From Puia dinghuensis (GTDB taxonomy: Bacteria; Bacteroidota; Bacteroidia; Chitinophagales; Chitinophagaceae): 38,312 nt of DNA. The stretch is taken from positions 1-38,312 of the forward strand of contig JAMFRX010000349.1 of assembly GCA_026224995.1 (NCBI GenBank), read 5' to 3'. This document shows, piece by piece, positions 18,574-28,265 of this stretch. Each line of letters starts with the position of its first letter. Positions within the stretch are counted from its first letter, which is position 1. Position numbers and translations under genes: made by a program. Below the pieces are notes generated by a model. It did not search any database. It saw nothing but the letters and a program-made list of their open reading frames with translations, and was not told where the DNA came from.

Positions 18574-18685
18574 ATATAAGGAGATTCGTCTATCTGTCTC
18601 TAAGTAGTCTCAGCTTCCAACTCAAGGAAACTGGGTAATCGTTTGTGGATTTGATCGAATTGCTTTTTTTCTATTCCTGAAACCC

Positions 18686-18693
18686 TAATTTTG
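18686..18693 (+). promoter_or_regulatory. -7 promoter element for the orphan response regulator
   Basis: TAATTTTG matches TAnnTTTG, 22 nt before ATG 18716. Confidence 0.55.
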
Positions 18694-18715
18694 GAAAAGG
18701 CAGTAAAAACCTTCC

Positions 18716-19144
18716 ATGATCAAGTTAATCATCGTCGACGATCATTTTCATGTACGCGAAGCCTGGAGCTGGGTGCTCAATCAGGTTCCTGGACTCAATG
18801 TCATAGCGCAATGCGCAAACTGCCAGGAGGCAATCGAAGCGGCAAAACAGCTGCAGCCTGACGTCATGTTGATGGATATCCATATGAACCCCGTAAATGG
18901 GATAGAGGCCACCCGCACTATCCGCGGGTTCGATCCCGATATTAAGATCATCGGCGTTTCTGTGCAGGCGGAACGGTCCTATGTCAACGAAATGTTGCGC
19001 AACGGGGCCAATGGCTATGTTACCAAGAATTCCCCCAGCACGGAGATGGTGCAGGCTATCGACGAAGTGCTCGCCGGCAAGACCTATATCTGCGAAGAGG
19101 TGGGGCATTTGCGGCCGGCTTATACACCGGTGTCGCGTAGTTAG
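18716..19144 (+). CDS. Single-domain NarL-like response regulator (receiver only)
   Basis: IIVDDH, LMDIHM (phospho-Asp), GYVTK; ends without a LuxR HTH. Confidence 0.88.
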   Translation: MIKLIIVDDHFHVREAWSWVLNQVPGLNVIAQCANCQEAIEAAKQLQPDVMLMDIHMNPVNGIEATRTIRGFDPDIKIIGVSVQAERSYVNEMLRNGANGYVTKNSPSTEMVQAIDEVLAGKTYICEEVGHLRPAYTPVSRS

Positions 19145-20112
19145 ACCAGCTCCTTCTCGTCTTTGAACGCTACCCGCGGTTTCAAGCCCAGCAGCTCGAA
19201 CATAAGATTATCTTCCTCGAAAGAGGGGTTGGGCGTGGTGAGCAATTTCTCCCCCGCAAAAATGGAGTTGGCGCCGGCCATAAAGCATAAAGCCTGGTCG
19301 GACTGGCTCATTTCGGCTCTTCCGGCGCTTAGCCTCACCATAGTGCCCGGCATGAGGATGCGGGCGGTGCCGATCATCCGGATCATATCCCAGGTGTCCA
19401 CCTTTGGGTTGTTCTCGAGCGGAGTTCCTTTGACGCGGACCAGGGCATTGATGGGGACGCTTTCCGGATGCTGAGGCAGGCTGGAAAGCGTATGGAGCAT
19501 CTTGATGCGATCCTCATGGGTTTCACCCAGTCCGATGATGCCGCCGCAGCAGACGGTTACGCCGGCTTTGCGGACGTTGTCCAGGGTCGTAAGCCTGTCG
19601 TCATAGGTTCGGGTGGAAATGATCTCGCTATAGTATTCCGAAGACGTATCCAGATTGTGGTTGTAGGCATAGAGGCCGGCATCGGCCAGTCGTTTGGCCT
19701 GGTCTTCATTCAGCATTCCCAGGGTGCAGCAGACTTCCATGCCCATTTGGTTCACACCTTTTACCATGTCCAGCACGCGATCGAAGTCCTTGTTATCCCT
19801 TACTTCCCGCCAGGCAGCGCCCATGCAGAAACGGGTCGAGCCGGCGGCCTTCGCCTTCGCGGCATATTCCAGCACCTGTTCTTTCTTCATGAGCGCCTGA
19901 ACGTCGACGCCTGTGCTATAACGCGCCGCCTGAGGACAGTAGGCGCAGTCTTCCGGGCAGCCACCGGTCTTGATGGAGAGCAGAGTGCAAACCTGTACTT
20001 CCCCGGTAGCGTTGTATTCACGGTGAACAGTAGCCGCACGGTAGATCAGGTCCAGCAAAGGCGTATCGTAAATCTCTTTTATTTCGGGGAGTGTCCAGTC
20101 GTTTCGAAGCAT
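19141..20112 (-). CDS. bioB: Biotin synthase
   Basis: Radical [30 protein letters not shown]. Confidence 0.97.
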   Translation of the reverse strand: MLRNDWTLPEIKEIYDTPLLDLIYRAATVHREYNATGEVQVCTLLSIKTGGCPEDCAYCPQAARYSTGVDVQALMKKEQVLEYAAKAKAAGSTRFCMGAAWREVRDNKDFDRVLDMVKGVNQMGMEVCCTLGMLNEDQAKRLADAGLYAYNHNLDTSSEYYSEIISTRTYDDRLTTLDNVRKAGVTVCCGGIIGLGETHEDRIKMLHTLSSLPQHPESVPINALVRVKGTPLENNPKVDTWDMIRMIGTARILMPGTMVRLSAGRAEMSQSDQALCFMAGANSIFAGEKLLTTPNPSFEEDNLMFELLGLKPRVAFKDEKELV

Positions 20113-20124
20113 AATGATAGTCTT

Positions 20125-21243
20125 TTACAGGTAACTCAGATTGGTTTTGGGACTTAAGGTAAGTAAAGTTTCATACATGAGCCGGATGGTCTGTTCCACA
20201 TCGTTCTTGTGGAGCATTTCCACCGTCGTATGCATATAGCGCAAGGGGATGGAGATGAGCACCGAGGGGCAACCGTCATTGGCATAGGCGAAGGAGTCCG
20301 TATCGGTGCCGGTGCTCCGGGACACGGCGCGGAGCTGCACGGGCAGCTTGTTCTTTTCCGCCGTTTCCTGTACGATGGCCAGCAGCTTGTTGTGAACGGC
20401 CGGGCCGAAGGCCAGCGAAGGGCCCTTGCCGCAGGCGATATCTCCTTCGATGAGCTTGTTGATCATCGGGGTGGTCGTGTCGTGGGTGACGTCGGTGATG
20501 ATCGCAATATTGGGACGGAGGCGGCGGGCGATCATTTCGGCTCCGCGGAGACCCACTTCCTCCTGTACGGCATTGACCACATACAATCCATAAGGGAGCT
20601 TCTTTTTGTTCTCCTTCAGCAGCCGCGCTACCTCGGCGATCATGAAGCCGCCGATGCGGTTGTCGAAGGCCCGGCCGACGAGGTAGCCGTTGGCCATTTC
20701 GGCATAGCCATCCTGGTAGGTGACCACGGCGCCGATATGCACGCCAAGGTCTTCCAGCTCTTTCTTGTTGCGGGCCCCGCAATCCAGAAAGAGGTTGTTT
20801 ACTTTCGGCTGGGGCTCTTTCGTATCCGGGTCACCCAGGCGGGTGTGGATGGCCGGCCAGCCGAAGACCGCCGGGACAAGGCCTTTTTTACCGTGGATGA
20901 AGACCCGTTGGGCGGGGGCGATCTGCTGGTCGACGCCGCCATTGCGTTTGAGGTAGAGCAGGCCTTCGGCCGTTATATAATTCACGAACCAGCTGATCTC
21001 GTCGGCATGCGCCTCGATCACGACCTTAAAGGGCGCATCGGGGTTGACAACGCCGACCGCTGTTCCGTAGGGGTCGGTAAAATAGCTGTCCACATGCGGC
21101 TTGAGGTAGTCGAGCCAGAGCTTCTGGCCGCTGCTCTCGAAACCAACGGGAGAAGGGTTGTCGATGTATTTTTTTAGAAAATCCCAGGATTTGGTAGTCA
21201 GAATAGAAGGAAGAGTCGCCGCGCTTTTCACCATTTTTGCCAT
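20125..21243 (-). CDS. M42 family metallo-aminopeptidase
   Basis: AHADEI, FDNRIG, QEEVGLRGA, DVTH, RYMHT. Confidence 0.92.
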   Translation of the reverse strand: MAKMVKSAATLPSILTTKSWDFLKKYIDNPSPVGFESSGQKLWLDYLKPHVDSYFTDPYGTAVGVVNPDAPFKVVIEAHADEISWFVNYITAEGLLYLKRNGGVDQQIAPAQRVFIHGKKGLVPAVFGWPAIHTRLGDPDTKEPQPKVNNLFLDCGARNKKELEDLGVHIGAVVTYQDGYAEMANGYLVGRAFDNRIGGFMIAEVARLLKENKKKLPYGLYVVNAVQEEVGLRGAEMIARRLRPNIAIITDVTHDTTTPMINKLIEGDIACGKGPSLAFGPAVHNKLLAIVQETAEKNKLPVQLRAVSRSTGTDTDSFAYANDGCPSVLISIPLRYMHTTVEMLHKNDVEQTIRLMYETLLTLSPKTNLSYL

Positions 21244-21275
21244 TGATAAGTGATCTTAATGAGCAGCAAATGTAC

Positions 21276-22121
21276 TTAAATCCTGAAAATCAGCATCAGC
21301 AGCGTGGAAAACATCATGAGCCCGTCCAGAACGATATAATACAGGTAGTCGGAGAAATTCTTTTTTGCCTCGCGGAATAGCCCGGCGAGGATGAGCCCGG
21401 GGATGAGCAGCAGCAGGATATAGAAGGCAGGGAAGTGGTAAAAGGACAGGGCGAAGGTGCTCAGGAAGAACAGCACGATGGCTGTCCAGAAAAGCCGGTC
21501 GATGCTTTTTTCTCCCAGCACGGTTATCAGGCTTCGGATGCCCTGGGTCTTATCATCTTCCCGGTCGCGGAAATCGAAGAGGATGCAGATGGCATAGGTG
21601 AAGAAGAAACGGCTGGCCGTGAAAAGGACAAAGGAGACGCTCCAATGCGCCTCCGCCACGATGAGGGGCAGCACTGTCGTCACATAGACCCAGACAAAGG
21701 CGAGGAAGATCGTTTTGCCGACGGCTATCTGCTGAAGCTTCCGGAACATGGGCTGCGGCAGCTTGGGCGCTGAGTATAAAAAGGTCAGCAAGGCGGCAAG
21801 ACAGAGGGCGGGAAACCAGGGCAGCAGGTAAAAGAAGTAGACTGCGGCGCCTACGGCCCCCGTGAGGTAAAGGACAAAAAGAAGAGCTTTATGGTGATGC
21901 GTCCAATACACCCGGCGGGAAGGAGCGGCGGTCCCGGTCCTGGGGGTAAGATACCAGTGAAAATTATAGCTGCAGACGGTAGCGAAGAATACAAATCCCA
22001 GGAGCCTGCCTGGTGGAGAAGACCCGAAGAGCAGCCGGCTTGTCTGCCAGATCATTATTACGGGACAAATGGCAATATAGAGGCTGCTAAAGACAAAATA
22101 ATCGACAATTTTCCTGAACAC
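21276..22121 (-). CDS. UbiA-family prenyltransferase-like membrane protein
   Basis: Multiple TM helices; FLYSAP and ILFDFRDREDD Asp-rich motif. Start is GTG. Confidence 0.75.
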   Translation of the reverse strand: MFRKIVDYFVFSSLYIAICPVIMIWQTSRLLFGSSPPGRLLGFVFFATVCSYNFHWYLTPRTGTAAPSRRVYWTHHHKALLFVLYLTGAVGAAVYFFYLLPWFPALCLAALLTFLYSAPKLPQPMFRKLQQIAVGKTIFLAFVWVYVTTVLPLIVAEAHWSVSFVLFTASRFFFTYAICILFDFRDREDDKTQGIRSLITVLGEKSIDRLFWTAIVLFFLSTFALSFYHFPAFYILLLLIPGLILAGLFREAKKNFSDYLYYIVLDGLMMFSTLLMLIFRI

Positions 22122-22150
22122 GTTCCCTATGAATTAAAATATTCTGCAAG

Positions 22151-22597
22151 TTAGGGATTTACGATCACAATCTTGGGCGAGGTGACGGTGTCGGTGTAAG
22201 CGCTGTCGGGTGTGAATGCAAAAAATTTGAAGATGACGGTGTCGTTCTGATGGGCTCCTTCGCTGAGGTTATCGACCCAATCCAGCACGTACCTGAACTC
22301 GCCTTTGCTGGCGCCATTGAAGTCAGGGATCTGCGTATACAACGTATCGGGAGTGGAGTCGGCGGGAGGAGCCTGGTTCAGCCGGGTCCGGATGGAGACG
22401 AAAGTGCCGTTGCTGAGCGATCCGCCGCTGTTGTCGAACTTGAACATGGCTACCATCGAATCGTTGGGCTGCACCGTCGTATTGATGGATTCCAGGGTGA
22501 GCTTGGGATGCTTGCTGGTGCTGCTCTTGCTGCAACCGATATAGACCAGGGCCACGAGGATCAAAAATGCGGGTATCAGGAAATAACCAGGCTTCAT
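22151..22597 (-). CDS. Hypothetical lipoprotein
   Basis: Hydrophobic signal with lipobox-like YIG-C followed by SKSS. Confidence 0.7.
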   Translation of the reverse strand: MKPGYFLIPAFLILVALVYIGCSKSSTSKHPKLTLESINTTVQPNDSMVAMFKFDNSGGSLSNGTFVSIRTRLNQAPPADSTPDTLYTQIPDFNGASKGEFRYVLDWVDNLSEGAHQNDTVIFKFFAFTPDSAYTDTVTSPKIVIVNP

Positions 22598-22673
22598 GAT
22601 GCTGAATTGATGGTTTACAAACCTACCTATTTTTAGCTAAAACAAACATTTTCCTACCTACTTTTGCAACTGA

Positions 22674-23666
22674 TTGACCAAATATACCGGCATACAAGCG
22701 ACCGATGCACTCTTCACCCGCCCAAAAGAAGATCTTGTTCCTTTGGCCCTGGACCTTTTCCGTTTCCAGTACGCCAACAATCCCCTGTATCGCCAATATA
22801 CCGATGCGCTAGGCGTCGATCCTGCGGCCGTAGATGCACCGGAAGCCATTCCTTTCCTGCCCATCAGCTTTTTCAAGACGCAGGTGGTAAAGACTGGCGA
22901 CTTCCTGCCGGAAGCGGTATTCGCCAGCAGCGGGACGACGGGTATGGTCACCAGCCAGCATGCCGTCAAAGACCTCGGCCTGTATAAAGCAAGCTTTACT
23001 GCCGGCTTCGAGCGCTTCTATGGACCAGTAACGGACTGGTGCGTCCTTGGGTTGCTTCCTTCCTATCTGGAGAGGGGTAATTCCTCCCTGGTAGTCATGG
23101 TCGACGAGCTGATCCGGCAAAGCGGCCATCCCGACAGCGGGTTTTACCTGTATGAGCATGAAGCCTTATACGGCGTCCTGCAGCGCCTGGAGGCACTGGG
23201 ACAGAAGACTTTGCTTATCGGGGTTACGTTTGCCTTGCTCGATCTTACAGAGCGCTATTCCCTTTCCCTACGGCATACCGTCGTCATGGAGACGGGCGGG
23301 ATGAAAGGCCGGCGCCGGGAGCTCACCCGCGCGGAGCTGCATGCCTTCCTCATCCAGCGGCTGGGAGTACAAACGATACATGCGGAATATGGGATGACGG
23401 AGCTGCTGTCGCAGGCTTATTCCCAGGGTGGGGGCCTGTTTTCCTGTCCGCCCTGGATGAAGGTGCTGGTAAGATCGGAAGACGATCCGCTGGAAGTCCG
23501 TACGGAAGGAGAGGGCATTCTGAATATCATCGATCTGGCCAACCGCTGGTCCTGCGGGTTCCTGGCGACGGAGGATACGGGCCGGGTATATCCCGATGGC
23601 CGGTTCGAGGTCTCGGGACGGGTGGATAACAGCGATATCAGGGGATGCAGCCTGCTGGTGGTCTAG
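22674..23666 (+). CDS. LuxE-like acyl-protein synthetase / acyltransferase
   Basis: IPFLPISFFK, FASSGTTG, METGGMKG, EYGMTEL, RGCS. TTG start directly after the TACTTTTG box at 22659-22666. Confidence 0.85.
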   Translation: MTKYTGIQATDALFTRPKEDLVPLALDLFRFQYANNPLYRQYTDALGVDPAAVDAPEAIPFLPISFFKTQVVKTGDFLPEAVFASSGTTGMVTSQHAVKDLGLYKASFTAGFERFYGPVTDWCVLGLLPSYLERGNSSLVVMVDELIRQSGHPDSGFYLYEHEALYGVLQRLEALGQKTLLIGVTFALLDLTERYSLSLRHTVVMETGGMKGRRRELTRAELHAFLIQRLGVQTIHAEYGMTELLSQAYSQGGGLFSCPPWMKVLVRSEDDPLEVRTEGEGILNIIDLANRWSCGFLATEDTGRVYPDGRFEVSGRVDNSDIRGCSLLVV

Positions 23667-25210
23667 TGGTGATGCAGCACCTGTGCGATGGATTTCCACA
23701 ACGTAGTACAGCTGGTGAGCATCACCAGGCCGCCTACGGCGACGAACATCGTTTTGGCGGGCAGCTTACCTGCCAGCCGGGCGGAAATGGGCGCGGCGAC
23801 GATGCCACCCAGGATCAAACCGGCGACATCCAGCAGGGGAATGCTTCTCAACAGGATAAAAAAGGTGATGGAGCTCGCCAGCACGACGAAGAATTCCGCG
23901 AGGCAAACGGAGCCGATGACATAGCGCGGATGCCGACGCTTGGCGATCAGGGTGCTCGTCACCAGCGTTCCCCAGCCGCCGCCGGCAAAGGCGTCCATGA
24001 ACCCGCCGGCCGAGGCCAGCCAGCCGGCTCCCTTTACCTTATCCTTGGGATTGCGTCTGGCGAAGGCCTTGCGCACGATATAATAGCCAAGGTAGATGGT
24101 ATATACGGACAGGGGTATACGCACCCATTGCGCATATTCCTTCCCGATGAAGGCCATCACTGCGCCTAAGATGGCGCCGATGATACCTGGGATGACGATG
24201 GCCCGGAACAGCTTCCGGTTGATGTTGCCGAAACGGTGATGGCTGTAGCCCGAGACGCCGCTGGAAAACACGCGTGCAGAATGCACCCGGCTGCTGACGA
24301 TGGCCGGGCTGACCCCATAGGCCAGCAGAAAGGTAGTAGAGATGGTACCATAGCCAAGCCCCATGGATCCGTCCACCATCTGCGCCAAAAAGCCTGCCAG
24401 CGTCATGATCAGGAAGCCTTTGACGTCGAAGAGCCGGGGAAGCCCGCGGAAATAATCCGCGATCCCCGACGGGAAAGGCACGAGGGAAAGGACAGCATGT
24501 CCCAGGATCATGAAGAAAAAGGCGAACAGGCACCATTTGACCACCTGCTGCCACCTGTTGTTGGCAGGGGCGATAGGCAAGGGGTTGCCGTCCGGAATGC
24601 CCTTTTTAGCGACCAGCACTTCCGTGAGATCGTTCAGCCGGCGAACCTTTTCGGAGAAATCGCCGTTCATCCCCTGGCGGATGGTCTGCATATTGTCCAG
24701 CACCGACCCCATCTCTTCAGGGATCATCGCGCCGATCTCTTCTTTGAGCCGTTTAGCAATGGTCGGCGACTTGCCGTTGGTAGAGATAGCGATCTTAAGG
24801 TGGCCTTTGCGGACGATGGAGCTCAGGTAGAAATCACAAAGCCCTGGGGTATCGGCTACATTGACGAGCACCCCTTTTTCCCTGGCTTCTTTGGCGATGG
24901 TCACGCTGACGGCCCGGTCGTTCACGGCGACGATAGCAATATCGGCATATTCCAGGTCGGTATGGTGATAGGGCCTTTCCAACATCCTGATATTGGGATG
25001 AGACAAGGCCAGCTCTCTGATAGCATTGCTGATCTCCGGCGCCACGACCGTCACCGGAGTCGCAGGGGAGTTCTGCAGGACGGCCTGCAGCTTTTCCAGG
25101 CCAACATGACCACCGCCCACCAGGAGCAGCCGAAGACGTTCCAGCTTCACGAATACCGGGAAGAGATGATTGTCGCTCGGGATATCTGTTTTATTGTTAT
25201 CGCTTTCCAT
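23663..25210 (-). CDS. Fusion: precorrin-2 dehydrogenase/sirohydrochlorin ferrochelatase (CysG-B/Met8-like) plus TauE/SafE (TSUP) transporter
   Basis: N-terminus LFPVF, VGGGHVG, VNVADTPGLCDF, AISTNGKSP; C-terminus AQMVDGSMGLGYG and DAFAGGGWG with multiple TM helices. Confidence 0.88.
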   Translation of the reverse strand: MESDNNKTDIPSDNHLFPVFVKLERLRLLLVGGGHVGLEKLQAVLQNSPATPVTVVAPEISNAIRELALSHPNIRMLERPYHHTDLEYADIAIVAVNDRAVSVTIAKEAREKGVLVNVADTPGLCDFYLSSIVRKGHLKIAISTNGKSPTIAKRLKEEIGAMIPEEMGSVLDNMQTIRQGMNGDFSEKVRRLNDLTEVLVAKKGIPDGNPLPIAPANNRWQQVVKWCLFAFFFMILGHAVLSLVPFPSGIADYFRGLPRLFDVKGFLIMTLAGFLAQMVDGSMGLGYGTISTTFLLAYGVSPAIVSSRVHSARVFSSGVSGYSHHRFGNINRKLFRAIVIPGIIGAILGAVMAFIGKEYAQWVRIPLSVYTIYLGYYIVRKAFARRNPKDKVKGAGWLASAGGFMDAFAGGGWGTLVTSTLIAKRRHPRYVIGSVCLAEFFVVLASSITFFILLRSIPLLDVAGLILGGIVAAPISARLAGKLPAKTMFVAVGGLVMLTSCTTLWKSIAQVLHHH

Positions 25211-25247
25211 CAGTGATGCTATAAAATTAGCGTTTTTCCGGTTGATT

Positions 25248-25266
25248 ACCTACTAAATCAGTCGAC
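25248..25266. promoter_or_regulatory. Putative operator, copy 1 (GTCTAC-N7-GTAGAC type)
   Basis: ACCTAC-TAAATCA-GTCGAC upstream of the CysG(B)-TauE gene. Confidence 0.6.
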
Positions 25267-25274
25267 AAATAGTG

Positions 25275-26477
25275 CTAGAAGGCCAACTGGAGCTGCGCTT
25301 CCAGCATGTTGTTGTTGATTGTCGGCCCTTCCTGGTTCCGCAGCGAATAATAGAGCTGCAGCTTGGTCCAGACATTGAAGAAATAGTTGAGCCCGAAATC
25401 GTAATAGGTGCTCTTCACCTGCGTCTTGGCGGTGTTGGGGTCGTACGAGTCATAGCGAAAGATGCCTTCCAGGTGCTTGGGGATGACATACCAGGCGGCC
25501 TGTCCAAACCAGCCATCGTGCGTGGTGGGATCGTGGTTGCCCTCCTGTCCTTTGATGTATTCGCCTTTCACCGACCAGATGTCTTCATTGAGCACCACCT
25601 CGGTTCCCCAACGGACCCTTTTTTGATCTTTGTTGAGATTGGAAGTGAAGCGGTCGTAGCCATTGTAATAGGATCCGCCGATACTGAGCGCTTTCAGCGG
25701 GTGAAAGATGAGGCGGCCATCCAGATCTTTCGACTGATTGTTATCGAGGGTGTTGATGCCTGCGCCATCCAGGACCTGGAAGAAATAGTCCAGCAGGTAA
25801 CGGTCCTGCAGCTTCACGAGGCTGCCGACCGCCTGGATGCCGATGTCCCGCCCGTTCTGATTGCCGATAGAGTCGACGAGGCCGTTGGCCGCATCTCCTT
25901 TGCGACCTACAAGCGCGTTCACGACTTGCGGGCGTTCGATCATGTCCAGATTCCTGTCCTGTGTCATGTTCTCCTCGGAAAAGGCGACGATCATCTGGCC
26001 TGCCTTGATGTTTAACCAGGTAAAGGGCTTATATATCATGAAGGCTTCGACAAGAAAGGGTGATATCAGCTGTCCGCCGGTGGGCGCTGTGCCGTTCGCG
26101 CCGCTCTGGCCAACGAAATCGAATAGCAGGCGATAGTCCCACTGAGAAGAGAAATGGCCCTGCAAGTCCAATCGCGCGCGCTTTATGCTGAAACCATCAT
26201 AATATTTTCCGGGGCTGGGATGTTCGTAATTGGTGTACACGACCTGGGAATAGCCGCTGAGGCTCAGGGACCGACCGAGCCGAAGTGGAAAGGAGTCGGC
26301 AATGGCCTCTTCCCGGTGTTGTTTGGTCGCATATTCCTTGCGAAGGGAGTCGGCTTCTTTCTCGGTGATCGTCCCTTTTTTGACCATTAGCTTCAGGATA
26401 TCGTCCGTCGTTTGGGCTTTAACGGTCGTTGTAATAAAGAATGCGGCCAGCAGGAGAGCAATGGTGGTAAATCTCAT
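25275..26477 (-). CDS. OprO/OprP-like anion-selective porin, probably for sulfate/thiosulfate uptake
   Basis: Signal peptide; FSIKRARLDLQG, GRDIGI, KGEY, C-terminal QLAF; embedded in the cys cluster. Confidence 0.75.
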   Translation of the reverse strand: MRFTTIALLLAAFFITTTVKAQTTDDILKLMVKKGTITEKEADSLRKEYATKQHREEAIADSFPLRLGRSLSLSGYSQVVYTNYEHPSPGKYYDGFSIKRARLDLQGHFSSQWDYRLLFDFVGQSGANGTAPTGGQLISPFLVEAFMIYKPFTWLNIKAGQMIVAFSEENMTQDRNLDMIERPQVVNALVGRKGDAANGLVDSIGNQNGRDIGIQAVGSLVKLQDRYLLDYFFQVLDGAGINTLDNNQSKDLDGRLIFHPLKALSIGGSYYNGYDRFTSNLNKDQKRVRWGTEVVLNEDIWSVKGEYIKGQEGNHDPTTHDGWFGQAAWYVIPKHLEGIFRYDSYDPNTAKTQVKSTYYDFGLNYFFNVWTKLQLYYSLRNQEGPTINNNMLEAQLQLAF

Positions 26478-26508
26478 AAACGGCTTTTTTGGTTTTTTTT
26501 ATTTTTTA

Positions 26509-26527
26509 GTCTACTAAATTGATAGAA
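26509..26527. promoter_or_regulatory. Putative operator, copy 2
   Basis: GTCTAC-TAAATTG-ATAGAA upstream of the porin gene. Confidence 0.6.
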
Positions 26528-26535
26528 TATATGCG

Positions 26536-26571
26536 CAAAAGAAAAGACCGTCGCCGGTGAGGCGGACGATC
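26536..26571 (-). terminator. Intrinsic terminator after cysI
   Basis: Minus strand GATCGTCCGCC-TCACC-GGCGACGGTC (one bulge) followed by TTTTCTTTTG. Confidence 0.65.
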
Positions 26572-26578
26572 GTGTTTA

Positions 26579-28252
26579 TCAGGCTTTGAACCAGCGTTGC
26601 CGCAGCGCGAAATCCCCGAAGCTTTCGCCGGTGATCCGTTCCTTCTTATACAGCCAGAAGAGCAGGTCGAGCTCTTTGAGGATCGCGGCCTCGTCCAGGT
26701 TCTCCTTGTACAGGCGGTTGAGGCGTGTGCCTTCATGGTCGCCGCCGAGATACAGGTTATAGCGTCCCGCTGAGGTCCCGACGAAGCCGATCTCAGCTGC
26801 AAAGGGCCGGCCGCAGCCATTGGGGCAGCCGGTCATCCGGATGATGATGGCTTCTTCCTGCAGCGCATGTCCCGTCAGCAGTTTTTCTATATGGCCGATA
26901 AGGGAGGGCAGATAGCGCTGCGCCTCGGCCAGGGCCAGCGGGCAGGTAGGCAGGGCGACGCAGGCGATAGAATTTCTGCGGATGGCGGAGGCGGCTTCCG
27001 TATGCTGGAGGACACCATATTTCTCCAGGATGCCGTTGACCAGCGCCTTGTCCTTTTTCCGGATATCGGCCAGGATGAGGTTCTGGTTGCCGGTGAAGCG
27101 GAAATTTGCTTTCCCGGTTTGGGCGATCTCCAGCAGGGCCGTCTTCAGGGGCAGCTTTTCGTCGTCGTAGATCCTGCCGCTTTCCACGAAGGGGGTATAG
27201 TACCATAGTCCCTGATGGTTCTGTTGCCACCCATAATAGTCTTTCCGGTCGGTAAAGGAATAGGGACGGGCATCCTGCAATTCGAAGCCGGTGCGCTTCG
27301 CGAGCTCCTGGCGATACCAGTCGATGCCATATTTATCCAGGGTATATTTGAGCCGGGCCAGCTTGCGGTCGCTGCGGTTGCCGTAATCCCGCTGGATGGT
27401 GACGATCTCGTAGATGACTTTCAGCAGCCCGTCGTCGGCGGGTGAAAAGCCGATGACCGAGGCCAGTCTTGGATAGGTTTCGGGGTTGCCATGCGTGGTG
27501 CCGAGTCCGCCGCCGATAGCGATATTGAATCCCTTGAGCTCGTCGTTCTCGATGATGGCGATGAGGCCGAGGTCGTTGGTCAGCACGTCCACGTCATTAT
27601 TGGGTGGGATGGCGATGCCGACCTTGAACTTACGCGGCAGATAGCGATCCTGGTAGAGGGCATCGTCTTCTTCCTTTTTGTCGGTGAGCTTTTCCTGGTC
27701 GAGCCAGATCTCGTAATAGGCCTTTGTCTTCGGCAGCAGCAGCTCGCTGATGCGGGCCGCATAGGCGTGGATCTGTTCGTGGATGGGTGACTGGTGGGGA
27801 TGGGCGGCGCAGGTGACGTTGCGGTTCACGTCGCCGCAGGCGGCGATCGAGTCGAGATGTACGGCGCTAAAGGATGCCAGGGTGGGCTTGATATGGCTTT
27901 TCAGCAGCCCGTGAAGCTGGATGGTCTGCCGCGTGGTGATCTTGATCGTCCCGGTGGAATGCTCTCCGGCGATGTGGTGTGTAGCGATCCATTGTTCGGG
28001 CGTGAAGAAACCCCCGGGAACGCGCAGGCGGATCATGAAGGAATAGAGCCGTTCCAGCTTTTTTTCCGCTCTTTCCTCTCTCCGGTCGCGATCGTCCTGC
28101 TGGTACATACCGTGGAATTTCACGAGGCTCTGGTCGTCTTCGCTTACAGCGCCTGTGAGCTCGTCGACCAGCCCTTCTGCCAGGGTACCCCGGAGACCGT
28201 CGCTCTTTTGCTTGATCCTTTCTACTACTGATAAATTTTTATTTTCGCTCAT
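26579..28252 (-). CDS. cysI: Assimilatory sulfite reductase (NADPH) hemoprotein subunit
   Basis: KFHGMYQQDDRD, TTRQTIQLHG, LPRKFK; siroheme/4Fe-4S ligands CVALPTC and GCPNGC. Confidence 0.96.
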   Translation of the reverse strand: MSENKNLSVVERIKQKSDGLRGTLAEGLVDELTGAVSEDDQSLVKFHGMYQQDDRDRREERAEKKLERLYSFMIRLRVPGGFFTPEQWIATHHIAGEHSTGTIKITTRQTIQLHGLLKSHIKPTLASFSAVHLDSIAACGDVNRNVTCAAHPHQSPIHEQIHAYAARISELLLPKTKAYYEIWLDQEKLTDKKEEDDALYQDRYLPRKFKVGIAIPPNNDVDVLTNDLGLIAIIENDELKGFNIAIGGGLGTTHGNPETYPRLASVIGFSPADDGLLKVIYEIVTIQRDYGNRSDRKLARLKYTLDKYGIDWYRQELAKRTGFELQDARPYSFTDRKDYYGWQQNHQGLWYYTPFVESGRIYDDEKLPLKTALLEIAQTGKANFRFTGNQNLILADIRKKDKALVNGILEKYGVLQHTEAASAIRRNSIACVALPTCPLALAEAQRYLPSLIGHIEKLLTGHALQEEAIIIRMTGCPNGCGRPFAAEIGFVGTSAGRYNLYLGGDHEGTRLNRLYKENLDEAAILKELDLLFWLYKKERITGESFGDFALRQRWFKA

Positions 28253-28265
28253 ACTATTATGCTAT

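Noticed and set aside
22674-23666. Bioluminescence (lux) operon
   Set aside because: Only a LuxE-like gene is present; no luxA, luxB, luxC or luxD.
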